Assembly (NCBI GenBank): GCA_024704765.1
Contig: JAKMXF010000044.1
Coordinates: 883,082-947,081, forward strand
Direction of reading: 5' to 3'
Length of the DNA stretch: 64,000 nucleotides
Source of the DNA: Oopsacas minuta
Taxonomy: Eukaryota > Animalia > Porifera
Shown here: in pieces, positions 1 through 11,300 of the stretch
Position numbering within the stretch: the stretch's first letter is position 1
Layout of the letters: each line of letters opens with the position of its first letter
Position numbers and translations under genes: made by a program
The notes under the pieces: generated by a model
The model's database searches: none
The model's input: only the letters and a program-made list of their open reading frames with translations
Told to the model about the DNA's origin: nothing

Positions 1-370
1 GCGAATAATTAGAGAGTTTTTTGGGGTCTCAAATTTGGCATAACACAGCATTGGAGGAAGGTAGTGGATAATAGACCAATAATTTAATGAATGGTAAGAA
101 ATGGATTGTAAGAATTGTATGAAAATACAATCTAACTTTCAATGTGATAAGCAGATAAACTGTATATTTGATACTAATAATATGATCCAACCATATGTGT
201 TAAGTTACAATGAATTCGCGAATGCTAATTCGTACTTGCACTGTAACATATATACGTATATTTTCCTGATCTCAACATCATTGTGGTTGTATCTCGTAGC
301 CTATGATGTATCTACTATAGTCAGATACGCTGTATAACGTATCTATTAATCCATCCAATATATCCAATAG

Positions 371-1402
371 ATGTGACCACTCGTGTGCTGTAATAGGACA
401 GAAGATGTATGTGTTCGGAGGTAGTGCTAGTAGCAGTCTTCTATTGAATGACCTCTGTGTCATGGATACAGATAACTTAGAATGGAATCTCGTTCCAGTA
501 GCAGGAGCTCTCCCAGATCCTCGGGAATACTGCTCACTCACAGTTATGGGAGATCATTACTTGATACTTTTTGGTGGTAATACCTTCAATCGTAGTGGTC
601 AGGGACAAGCCAGCTGTTCTGACACTTACGTCATAGATCTTTCTAAACAAACTCCTATATGGACTCTCCTGGCATCCGGAGGAGACCATGCTCCTACTCC
701 TAGATACAGTCACTCTGCTGTGGCAGTGCTAAACTTCCTCCTGGTGTTTGGAGGTATGGGACAGACAACTGATTTTAATGATCTATGGGCATTCAGGTAG
801 CAAATTACTGTAATGTATATATTAACGGTAACTATTTGATAGCTAATTCATAATTGACATGTTCATATAGGTTTGATGTCCCTTATGAACAACTGATAGG
901 GTACTTACCCACCTTACCTCCTCCTGCTCACTACTCCTCCCTCCCCTCAATACTACCATCACTCACACAACACAGTCCTGCTATTCGTATTGAGAGGGCA
1001 TCTGCTCCCAAAGAGGTGGAAGAATTACAGCAGTCTTTGTTAATCAGAGTTAATGAAATGTTTGATACTTTGAAGGAACAAATAGCCGCTACTGAACAGG
1101 CGCGAGTTCGTGTTCGCGCGGAAAAAGAACTTATTAAAGGAGACAGGAAACAGCTGATGAGTGAAGTCACTGAGAAGAAGAAGGAAGTTGAAAATATGAT
1201 TCAGTCTCACAAGAAGAGTAATGAAGAGTGGATTAGACTACGTTGTCATGAAAATGATATAACTCGTAAAGAACTGAATAAACAGAGAAAAACACTGGAA
1301 GGGAAGAGGGGAGAACTAGAGAAGAGGGAGAGAGAGTTCGAGGAGAAGAGTAAACAGCTAACTGCACTCATGGATCAATTTAATAAGATGAAATCATCAT
1401 GA
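371..1402 (+). CDS. Kelch-repeat protein with C-terminal coiled coil (5' end probably upstream or unresolved); exons 371..796, 871..1402
   Basis: Kelch motifs CDHSCAVIGQKMYVFGG, PREYCSLTV..LILFGG, PRYSHSAVAV..LLVFGG. Intron 797(GTAG)..870(TAG) joins ORFs 405..800 and 854..1402 in frame (WAFR|FDVP). Confidence 0.8.
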
Positions 1403-1520
1403 CGTCATCATACACTATTATTTTATTTTTACGTTTCTAAGGCGATATAATTCACACTTGTACATAATTCTCATTATACATACATCTATATACTATTTTG
1501 TATGTTTATTGTTAGAGAGT

Positions 1521-1997
1521 ATGGCATATGTCCGCAGGTCTGTCAGTGATTGTATGTCACTAAGTGACAGTTCATCTGATCTGAGCTCTTCAGAAACGGA
1601 CTTGCCTGTATCACCCGCAATACTCTCCCTGTATAGACGTGAGTTGACAGACAAGCGGACAGAGATCTCTGAGCTAAGGGAACAGCTGAATAAAGCTAGG
1701 TTAGACAACCTACGTTTAGAGAGAGCTCTTACAATGAGACAGCTGAATAGCTACGAGTTGGAATCTGACCTGAAAGAGACACGAGATAAACTAAGTGAAG
1801 AGAAGTTGCTAGAACTTTCCTATTATCATAAACCATTGTATGGGAGACGTAATTATTACAATTGGGAGCCTCCTTACTACAAGAATGATGAGCAGTCTTA
1901 TATAGATAAGAATTGTTCTAGAGGTTTGTTTATTCTTTTTGAGTTCGAAATGTATCACTATCACAATCATAATTATGACAATTTGTCCCATATTTAG
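1521..1997 (+). CDS. Hypothetical coiled-coil protein (orphan)
   Basis: ATG at 1521; Ser-rich start then heptad-like segment ELREQLNKARLDNLRLERALTMRQLNSYELESDL. No family recognised; the 3' end may be spliced. Confidence 0.4.
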   Translation: MAYVRRSVSDCMSLSDSSSDLSSSETDLPVSPAILSLYRRELTDKRTEISELREQLNKARLDNLRLERALTMRQLNSYELESDLKETRDKLSEEKLLELSYYHKPLYGRRNYYNWEPPYYKNDEQSYIDKNCSRGLFILFEFEMYHYHNHNYDNLSHI

Positions 1998-2011
1998 CCC
2001 AATTTATGTTA

Positions 2012-2194
2012 CAGTAGAACTCGGCTTAAGACGAACTCTCGGTAGTACTTACAGTACTCTCTCCCAAACGTATTATCTATTATTGTACATTTGTACTAGT
2101 ATTTGTATAGGAAGAATAATCGGATAAGACGAACTTCGGTTAATATATACTAATTTCATTTCCTGAGGCGGTACGCCTTATCCGAGTTCTACTG
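2012..2194. mobile_element. pogo/Tigger-type MITE
   Basis: 13 bp perfect TIR CAGTAGAACTCGG...CCGAGTTCTACTG flanked by TA on both sides. Confidence 0.85.
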
Positions 2195-2227
2195 TACTTA
2201 ATGAACCCCAAGTACAACTGTTCTTAA

Positions 2228-2944
2228 AAGCTACAAGTAACAAACAAATACATACTATCAAGACACATTTGTGAGAGAGTTACATCCCCTCGGGCTATAG
2301 AAACTCTCTCAAATATTACAACGACTATACTTAATTTAGATTATCCCATCACTCCTCAACAACCTCAGATATCCAAAGAACCTGACTTAGTGAAACCTCT
2401 CACCTATCATAAAAGGGTTATTTCTCCCGGCAAGTGGATCACTCATAGTCCTTTTGTAAATGATTATTACGGACTATTCCAGCCTAAGAAAACTAAAGGA
2501 AAGCAAGTGACCCAGCCTACTAAAAGGAATCTTGTGGGGAGACAGTCAAGAGACAAGTATGTGTTGAACCATCAACTATCTACACCTGATGGCTCACAAG
2601 TAGTTACCACCCTATATAAAGGGAATATCAACCCAACTCGTAGTGGGGGAGCACAGGTCCGTTTCACAGATACAGAAGTGCTCCATCAGCAACAAGGACA
2701 CCATCACTTACCTTTAGAATCATACAAACCTAGACATAAGCCAGCACAAGAAGTGAGATTTGCAACTTTGAATGATATAGAAAATATGCCTGCTAAACCA
2801 TCTATACTAAAACATGGCATTTTAAAGAAGAACAAATCTAGCAAACAGAAACTTAAGAGCGCCGAACCTAAGGTAAGGTTTGCTACGATAGCAGATGCAG
2901 AAAATGATCCTTCATATTCTGAATTTTACCGTCAATTGGTATAA
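2228..2944 (+). CDS. Hypothetical basic protein exon with repeated VRF motifs
   Basis: Frame is open from 2228 to the stop at 2944 with no early ATG, so probably a terminal exon. Repeats: QVRFTDTE, EVRFATLNDIEN, KVRFATIADAEN. Confidence 0.4.
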   Translation, partial: KLQVTNKYILSRHICERVTSPRAIETLSNITTTILNLDYPITPQQPQISKEPDLVKPLTYHKRVISPGKWITHSPFVNDYYGLFQPKKTKGKQVTQPTKRNLVGRQSRDKYVLNHQLSTPDGSQVVTTLYKGNINPTRSGGAQVRFTDTEVLHQQQGHHHLPLESYKPRHKPAQEVRFATLNDIENMPAKPSILKHGILKKNKSSKQKLKSAEPKVRFATIADAENDPSYSEFYRQLV

Positions 2945-3277
2945 AATTCTGCGGAAGATATAGTTTCAATCTACTGTTCTAATAAGCCACTCGAGTGATA
3001 TGTATGTCTAAGTATGTATATTTATCAGCTCAAGCAGAAGTACAGAATATATGTATATTTTTGTTCGATTCTGAAAGTATTTTAGTTCAGCTATTGATAT
3101 TGATATTGCTTGTAATTATATCGTAATTCACGGTTTATATATTTTGTTTGTTGTTATTATGCGAATTAAATTATGAATACATATCTTGAAAATATTCTTG
3201 TCCTGTATTATTAAATATCAGCTGAAAATTATAAAATTGGCCTAATATCTGTATAGGTGTCTAACATTTAAGTTATC

Positions 3278-3991
3278 ATGAAGACTGTAAGAACATTTTC
3301 CACATTATTACGTCTACTACACAACACATCATGTATCCCCTCGTGTGACACATCAAAAGTCCATATGCATACCAGATTCATACATAATACTGTTGTCCTG
3401 TCAGCCCCTATTCAGAAGAAACCAGCTAATTCCTATGCAAGATTCGTAAAAGATATGTACCATGAGTTTTCACAATCCGAAGATAAACCTATTGTTCCCA
3501 AGATAATGCAAATGATTGCTAAACAGTGGAAGACAATGACAGAAGAAGAGAAAGAGAAATACACACTAGCATACGAGGAGGATAAGAAAGAATGGCTAAA
3601 GAATTATGAGAATACTACAGATGAAGAGAAAGTAGCTTACAAAGAGAAGATCAAAATAAAGAGAGAAAAGAAAATACAAGCTAAAGTTACAAAGAAAAAG
3701 AAATCTGAGGTAGATCCCAGAGAAAACTATCGGAAATTAAATTCAATAGCTATATTCAACTACGAACGCTATTACACGATACGTAGAGAGTTCCCAGCTC
3801 TAAAACAACAGGATTTATTCAAGTTGATGATACACGAATGGAAAAACCTTCCTCAAGATCAAAAGAAACGCTATCAAGATATGGCTGCTGCAATGCGATC
3901 TAAATCCAAAGAGACAATGTTGCTATACACCTTTATGGAACTATACGATGAATGTTATATTGCTCGTCCTGGAGAGAGTCTCTACTATTAA
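3278..3991 (+). CDS. Tandem HMG-box protein, TFAM-like (putative mitochondrial)
   Basis: Arg/Thr/Ser-rich acid-free N-terminus resembling a presequence; HMG box 1 KKPANSYARFVK..IAKQWKTMTEEEKEKY; box 2 ..EWKNLPQDQKKRYQDMA. Confidence 0.75.
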   Translation: MKTVRTFSTLLRLLHNTSCIPSCDTSKVHMHTRFIHNTVVLSAPIQKKPANSYARFVKDMYHEFSQSEDKPIVPKIMQMIAKQWKTMTEEEKEKYTLAYEEDKKEWLKNYENTTDEEKVAYKEKIKIKREKKIQAKVTKKKKSEVDPRENYRKLNSIAIFNYERYYTIRREFPALKQQDLFKLMIHEWKNLPQDQKKRYQDMAAAMRSKSKETMLLYTFMELYDECYIARPGESLYY

Positions 3992-4589
3992 TTAATAAAA
4001 TGATTTCTATTCTTTGGAGATTCGATTATATTTTGCCTTATAAAAGTAAAGCTTGTCGTGCTTTTTCAACAATTATTTGAATCTTTATGTAATTTCATAC
4101 TTATTTAATATCGAATAATTACAAATCTAAAGCCCATTATACACAATGCGACAAAGGCATTGTGTGTGGTGGGCTTAATGCTGTTTTCAAGGCCAGTAAA
4201 ATTCCAAAATTTATACATATTTACAATGATAATCAATTTACTTGTGAGTTTGGAAAGTTCTTATTATTGGAGCTAAATCATTTAATAATTAATGGTAATC
4301 GTAAGAAGGACGTCCATTGAGAACTTGCCAAGTAGTCTCCATGAATCCAATATATCTCCATGAATACAAAAATCACAAGTAAGATCACTTGGGTTAATGA
4401 TACGAGTGGGGGGCGTCCCAGGATTTTGCATACCCGGGGCCGGGTTGGAGCCAGGGTTTCAAATTCAGGGCAAATGCCCCGTTTGCCCCCTGGATACGAG
4501 CGTTAGGTATCATAAAATTGAAACTAGGCCATGGGTGGAATTTCGCAACATCTAGAGGTTTTTCAGTTATCTAAAGCACTTAAGTTATC

Positions 4590-5250
4590 ATGAAGACAGT
4601 TAGAACATTCACATCAATAGTCCGTGTGCATACCAGATACATACATAATACTATTATCCTCTCAGCCCCAATTCAGAAGAGACCAGCTAATTCCTATGCA
4701 AGATTCATAAAAGATATGTATCATGAGTTTTCACAATCGGAAGACAAACCTATTGTTCCCAAGATAATGCAAATGCAAATGATTGCTAAAAGTGGAAGAC
4801 AATGACAGAAGAAGAGAAAGAGAAATATACACTAGCATACGAGGAGGATAAGAAAGAATGGTTGAAGAATTATGAGAATACTACAGATGAAGAAAAAGTA
4901 GCTTACAAAGAAAAGAAAATTTTACAAAAGGAAAAATTTAAGTATTCTTCCATGTATAAGCAAAAAATGATTGAGGCAGAAGCTAGAAAATAATTTCTTA
5001 ATATTGACTCTAGATCTATTTATATTTTCGAGCGCTATCATTACATACGCAAAGAGTTCTCTAAACTTGATCAAAAGGAAATAATGAAGTTAATGATGTA
5101 TGAATTGAGCAAACTTGATGAGCTTCAAAAGAGACGCCTTGAAAATATTGCCTCTGCAATAAGAGTTAAAGCCAAGAGAACAAATTACCGTTAATATTCA
5201 ATGATCTATACGATGAATGTTATCTTCCTCGATTAGGGGAGAGTATTATG
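4590..5250 (+). pseudogene. Disrupted tandem paralog of the HMG-box gene at 3278
   Basis: Near-identical box 1 with an ATGCAA duplication and a 1 nt deletion (AAACAGTGG to AAAAGTGG) near 4790. In-frame TAA at 4991, after which a diverged box 2 continues (FERYHYIRKEF). Confidence 0.8.
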
Positions 5251-5592
5251 ATAAGATAATAAATGTATATTTATACATACAAAATATTGTTCACATCATT
5301 GATTGAATATTATGTCCTTTGTATGTGTCATATTATAGTTTACATTCATTGTTTTATAATTAAGAGCTAAAACGAATATACGTTTGGTATATATCAAACG
5401 GACATTCTTTGATAAATCAAAGTTTAATGCATATACTTTCACCCAAAGATTGCTGAACACAGCCATATTAGTTAAATTTATAATATTCAGTTATGCGAGC
5501 TAAACGGAAATTACAATTATATCACAAAATGGGTATACTTAATAGTTATGGACGATACTTTAAGCACACCAATATGTAAGTTATAACTATAA

Positions 5593-6362
5593 CTATTGCA
5601 ATGAAAGCAATGGATCTCTAATAGTACTTTTCCTGTTAGGAATATCGATATATTTCCCAACATTGCTTTCAATAAGTCTCCTGATAAAGTCTTCCTTGGA
5701 TACTGTTTCATCAGGATTAGGGAATAATTCAGAAATTAATTTATTCGAAATATTGGGTTTCATCTTTCTCAAATAGAACATAGCCATTCTCCCAGATATA
5801 ACCCCCGATTTAGTACTAAATAGTGTTCTTGTCATAATGTCACTATATTTCATTTCGCTCACTCTTTGTATCGGCCAAACCTGGTCTAACAGTTCTTCTT
5901 TATGACTGATCTTTTTCTTCGGACTACCTTTAGAAATCTGCTTAAATTTTCTTAATTCTCTTTCTAGTCGATTCATCTCTCGAATAACAGAACCATCTAT
6001 AAAATCTCTCCCCTCGCAATAATACTTAACCTCCAGACATTGTTCTATTACCCTGTTGATTATAGTTTTATAATTTTGTCTAGGGTTATCCTCAACCCAA
6101 ATATACCTGCTATTGCTCTTACTCACAATCCTTGATAGAGCTACGTTTCTTCGAAGATTCTCACGTACATTTAATAATGCTATGGATTGATCTACAGTAG
6201 TTCCTATCTTAAAGATGAAGAAAGAATGTTTTCAAAAGTCTTTTGTGAAGTTTTGGTCTAACTGGTAGCTTTTAGGAAGTTGACTTAATAAGCTTTCCAA
6301 TTCAATGGTAAATGTATCAACTAAGCTGACAAGTATTACTATAACAGATATTCCTTGACTTA
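5593..6362 (-). pseudogene. Disrupted C-terminal continuation of the GIMAP gene (degenerate second AIG1 domain plus helical tail)
   Basis: Reading across frameshifts near 6380 and 6335 and an in-frame TGA (6234..6232) gives QGISVIVI..LVSLVDTFTIELE..KDF*KHSFFIFK, in frame with ORF 5593..6126. Confidence 0.55.
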
Positions 6363-7250
6363 TTAATCTGAGCATTTTTGAAGCTTCCACACCTCTCTTT
6401 CCAAATCAAGGGGAGTGTTTGGTTCAAATACATCAAGGTCATCTGTGAAATTAATCTCCAGACGATACTTTTCATGATCAAAACTACAATTCCCTGTTAT
6501 TCCCAGTAAATCCTGCATCTCTTCATGAGGGAAGTTGTTGTTCCCATGGAGTATTATACGTAGAGTTGGCTTTGATAAGTGAAATAACAATTTTAGAATT
6601 CTATTTCTATTGTCATCATGTTTGTCAAGTCCATTTACAAAGATGTATCTGTTTTCAACAAGATTTAATATTATTTGTAGTCCAATCCATTTAGTGTCCT
6701 TCAATTTCTCGTTCAATTTCTCTTCATAGTCTACATCTCCCAACTGATCAACATGAGTAAATACTATCACTGCATTCCCAAACAAACTGTAAGATGACAA
6801 TGCAAGAAGATCAGCAAGTTGTAGAATATCATTAAATGTACTCTGAGAAATATATGGAGAATTTAGGTTAAATACAAGAATGAATGTAACTGACATCTCA
6901 ATATGTGAAGTTTTTATACATTTAATCAAATTTTTAGCGTGATCTTGAATTTCGAAATTTGGATCACTTAGTCCTGGTTGGTCTATAATTTGGAAATTCA
7001 ATCGTTGGTCTTCATCTATTCCTCCATCTATAACTCTTCGGTTTACTTGTGTAAGCATTCCCATTTGTTCTTGGGTTAAGCCGAATGCATCTCTCCCTGT
7101 GTGTGTTCTAAACGGACCATCATCTCCACCTCCAAACAAGAGGTTTCCAAATGTACTTTTACCGTCGCTTACCTGTCCAATCAGAATGAAACTCCGTTCT
7201 CCATTTTCATGTACTCGTCCACCCAATATAGATTTAATTGATTTAAACAT
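6363..7250 (-). CDS. AIG1/GIMAP-family GTPase
   Basis: P-loop ILIGQVSDGKST, G3 IIDQPGLSD, G4-like AVIVFTHVD, VENRYIFVN. Confidence 0.8.
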   Translation of the reverse strand: MFKSIKSILGGRVHENGERSFILIGQVSDGKSTFGNLLFGGGDDGPFRTHTGRDAFGLTQEQMGMLTQVNRRVIDGGIDEDQRLNFQIIDQPGLSDPNFEIQDHAKNLIKCIKTSHIEMSVTFILVFNLNSPYISQSTFNDILQLADLLALSSYSLFGNAVIVFTHVDQLGDVDYEEKLNEKLKDTKWIGLQIILNLVENRYIFVNGLDKHDDNRNRILKLLFHLSKPTLRIILHGNNNFPHEEMQDLLGITGNCSFDHEKYRLEINFTDDLDVFEPNTPLDLEREVWKLQKCSD

Positions 7251-8373
7251 TAATTAATGTTTAATACATTTATTAGTGTTGAAATTGGTGTCAAAACTAA
7301 ATTTATTTATTCAAATGATATTCAGCCATGAGGCAATGTTCAGTACAAATTTGTTGTAGGCCCTATTGGCTCATATTTCAAAATACACTTTTAATGGAAG
7401 CCACATACTTAGATATTGCTAAGCTTTTGATATTTATATGATTAATACCTGAATAGTGTAATTCAACTCCATTGCTGTTTATACAGTAGTGGCGCTAGCC
7501 CGCCTCCCCTGATGGGGCTGACTTAGCTTACTTTCTGTTACATAGTAATGCTCCTAACGAAGTTTGTCAAATTTATCCTTTTATGCGATCTAAGTAATGG
7601 GACTATGGGACTATAATTATTCAGGGACAATGTTCAACATCCGAGCGGGCTTCACTTGCTTGCGCTATGCGGCTTGCGAACATTGCGTGTCCAGGTATCT
7701 CGGCACTTAGTCCCTCGAATTGAGTAAAATATATAACATTAAAATCGAAAAAAGTTACATAGCATTAAACTTGAAATGCGATATTTGGTATCAGCCTACT
7801 GCGTTACCTCTGCTCTGCTCTGTTGTTTAGAGCAAGTCGTTATCTATATCATGAGATATAATTTGTTTACTTTATCTTCTTAATTATTAAAATTAATTCA
7901 CCAAATTACCATGATTATTGATTTACAATACGTGACTCAATACTTTGCGACATTCTAATATCCCATGAATGTTAAATCGAAATAATTATCGGGGGAGGGT
8001 CCCTTGAAATAAGCACTCGATATATGGGAGTTGACTGTATAATAGTGTTCTGTTAATTCGTTTTATTAGAACAACCAACATTATTCACAAACATAATTTG
8101 GATACAAAGTATGACCCTAACACACATACATATTGTGGATAATTTTCATAATTTACAAGAATAACTCGCATTTTGAAAATATCGTAACATATGGGTGCAA
8201 ATGATGGTATGCTGCAGTATTTGGCTGGTCACTTGGGGTGTATGCTATTGCCATCCTAAGGATCTATTTCTAGCCTCTACAACGTGATCTCAATATTCAC
8301 TATTCAAACTTCCAACTAGATTCGATTCGATAACTTTGTTCTAAACTGCAACAAACATAATTCAACACACAAC

Positions 8374-11300
8374 ATGATATCGAGTATAATGGAGCGTTAC
8401 AATACCTGGGAGATACCAGAAGATGGGAGTGAAGATACTACACGAGAGAAAGCTTGTCTTGGTTCAGCACTGGATTACTGTGAAGAAGCAGGTGAATTAA
8501 TTAGACTATCAGAGAATATACCAGATCTTATTCAGGATGAGCTTACAGCAGAATCATTCTTTGAGAGGCTAATATATGTCCTCAATCGCTACCAGGAACA
8601 GCCTGGACTTCTTGACTCTCATATGGAGAAGCTATTGACCCCCTGTCTCATCCGTCTCAGGAACACCCCTAACCTAGTCCCCCCTGCCCCCTACATTCTA
8701 TACTCCTGTAAATTCGTTTTCCTACTAGCTAAGGTCCGTGGTACTAAGAGTATATTACGTTGGTTCCCTCATGATGTTTCAGATCTAGAACCTATACTTT
8801 TAGCCTTAGAACAACAGGATCCTAACGAGTTCAGTACCTGGGAGGTACGTTTCACCCTCCTCCTTTGGCTTGCCATGGTATGTATAGTCCCATTCGATAT
8901 ATCACGTTTTGACACCTCCCTACAGCGTGTTTCCACAATGGATAGGATTTTACAGATAGCTAAAGTATACATTGATGCTCAGGATAAAACACGAGAGGTT
9001 ACAGTACTTGTTATAGGTCGATTCTTATCACGACCTGACGTGGCTAAAGCTAGACTAGACGATTATCTGGAGTGGAGCTTCGTAACACTAGATAAAGCTA
9101 TAAATAGCTCTATAGGAGGACTTAGTACAATTAGCGGTATTTTACTAGCTCTATCTACCCTGTACAAGTTCAGTAAGAGAGAGGAAATAGTAACATACTC
9201 TGTAACTGTACTGGAGAGAATTAAGTCACTAAATCTATTCTCTAACAAACATACGATTATTCGTAAGCTAAATTCTAAAGTGCTACAGAGATGTGGTCTC
9301 TCATTCCTAAGAGCCAGGCCTGCTGCTTGGAGATACCAGCGTGGTAGCAGATCTCTCATTCAAGCTCTTGATCCTGACAAATATCGCGCTCAGCAAGAAG
9401 CTAACAAGAGTACAGCTGATGCTCTGAGCACTGAACTAGGACCTAGCGGTAGTGAGGATGAGGATTATGTCCCAGAAGCAGTAGAGGAAGTATTAGAACT
9501 ATTGCTAGTCGGTCTATCTGACAGAGACACTATAGTCAGATGGTCAGCTGCTAAGGGACTAGGGAGGATATCTAGTCGTCTCTCTCAGTCGAATGCTGAT
9601 GACGTAGTACACACTATACTGGAGTTCTTCTCTATACGACAGAGTGACTCAGGTTGGCATGGAGGTTGTCTAGCGTTAGCAGAGCTAGCTAGAAGAGGAG
9701 TACTACTCCCTGAACGTCTTAAAGAAGTAGTTCCTCTTGTCCTACAGGGACTAGTGTATGATGAGAAGAGAGGAGCCTCTAGTGTAGGTGCTCATGTTAG
9801 AGACGCTGCTTGTTTCGTGTGTTGGGCATTTGCACGGGCTTATGATCCTAAACTGCTACAGCATTATGTTAATGAGTTAGCACAGTCGTTAGTTAACGTA
9901 TCACTATTTGACAGAGAGGTGAACTGTCGTAAAGCTGCTTCAGCAGCCTTCCAGGAAAGCGTAGGACGTCTGGGTACATTTCCACAGGGATTAGAGCTTG
10001 TAACTATAATGGACTATCATGCTGTGTGTAACAAAAATTATACCTACAAAGACCTGAGTATTAAAATAGCTCAGATAGATGATTACAGACATACCATTAT
10101 AGATGAACTATATCTAAGGAAACTGTTACATTGTGATCTGGTCATTCGAGAATTGTCAGCACATGCTCTGGGCAAACTGGTCCCTTTAGATCCTAACTAT
10201 TTCTCTGATAAAGTTCTCCTTAGACTAATCCCACAGACACTAGCTATTGACCTCCAAGAGAGACATGGTGTATTGCTAGGAATAGGTTTTATAGTACACG
10301 CTCTATCCCAATTGGATAATGAACGTTCCATTGAGATTATCCTTGGCAATAAATGTGTACTACAGCTGCAAGGAATAGCGAGTAATCTAGAAAGTGCTAA
10401 GTTGTATCGTGGAATGGGAGGTAAAATACTCCGCCCAGCAGCAATGAAATTCATAGAAAAATTGGCACTCTCCAACCTCCCTACTACCAGTGAGGTGTTG
10501 GACGTTTGGAGAGCCTCTCTGGATGAGAATCTACAAGAACCAGACCGTGCTACTCAGGAACGTGCCTTAGAAGCCTTCAGAGAGGTATGCTCACACTGCT
10601 ATCAGAATCTACCAGCTAATGAGCTAGCTAACGTACTCAGTAATTTGTTGAAGAATGCATTTGAACAACTCAAATCAACTGTACACTTCGCACGGATGGG
10701 ATTCTCTCTGGCACTTGGAGTCCTCCCCTACTCCTTCTACCAGGCTGACGGTAACATAGATAAGATTATCCATGCTCTGATATCATGTACTATTCATGAC
10801 GACATGAATCAAGCTATATTTACTGAAGCTAGAAGAGATGCTATAGTCTCAATTGGTAATATTTGTAATATAGTAGGAATAGATAGAGAAGATAATTCAG
10901 TCAGTGCTGTTACTCCTAAGCTACTAGCTGACATATACTCATGTCTCTTTGAAGCACTCAAAAACTACTCAATAGACAACAGAGGAGATATAGGGGCTGC
11001 AGTGAGAGAGGCTAGCATGCACGTATTGGTAGCTCTATCTCAACAAGTTATCAAACAACAAATAAATCTCTTCCAAGAGGATTGGTGTATTGATATGTTA
11101 TGTGGTCTTATTAAACAAGCTAATGAGAGGATAGATCGTGTCAGACTTACAGCTAGTTCTTCTATTATAACTCTTATACATAAATCTGCAATAGATATTC
11201 CTTACATACCTCATATCAATGAGCTGAGGAAAATATTCCCACAAGATCCCACACAACTTATAAACCCCAGTGAATCATTCAGTATTACTGTTAAAGCTAT

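Noticed and set aside
101-337. 78 aa ORF at the window start
   Set aside because: Low-complexity AT-rich sequence, probably intron or UTR of the Kelch gene.
6232-6234. TGA read as Trp (alternative genetic code)
   Set aside because: TGA is the normal terminator of METTL22, HECTD3, MYO10 and the KDZ transposase, and there are frameshifts nearby.
8769-10475. Antisense ORFs inside TBCD (and similar ones inside MYO10, ATP8B, WDR26, HECTD3)
   Set aside because: Shadow frames of long coding exons with no domain signal.
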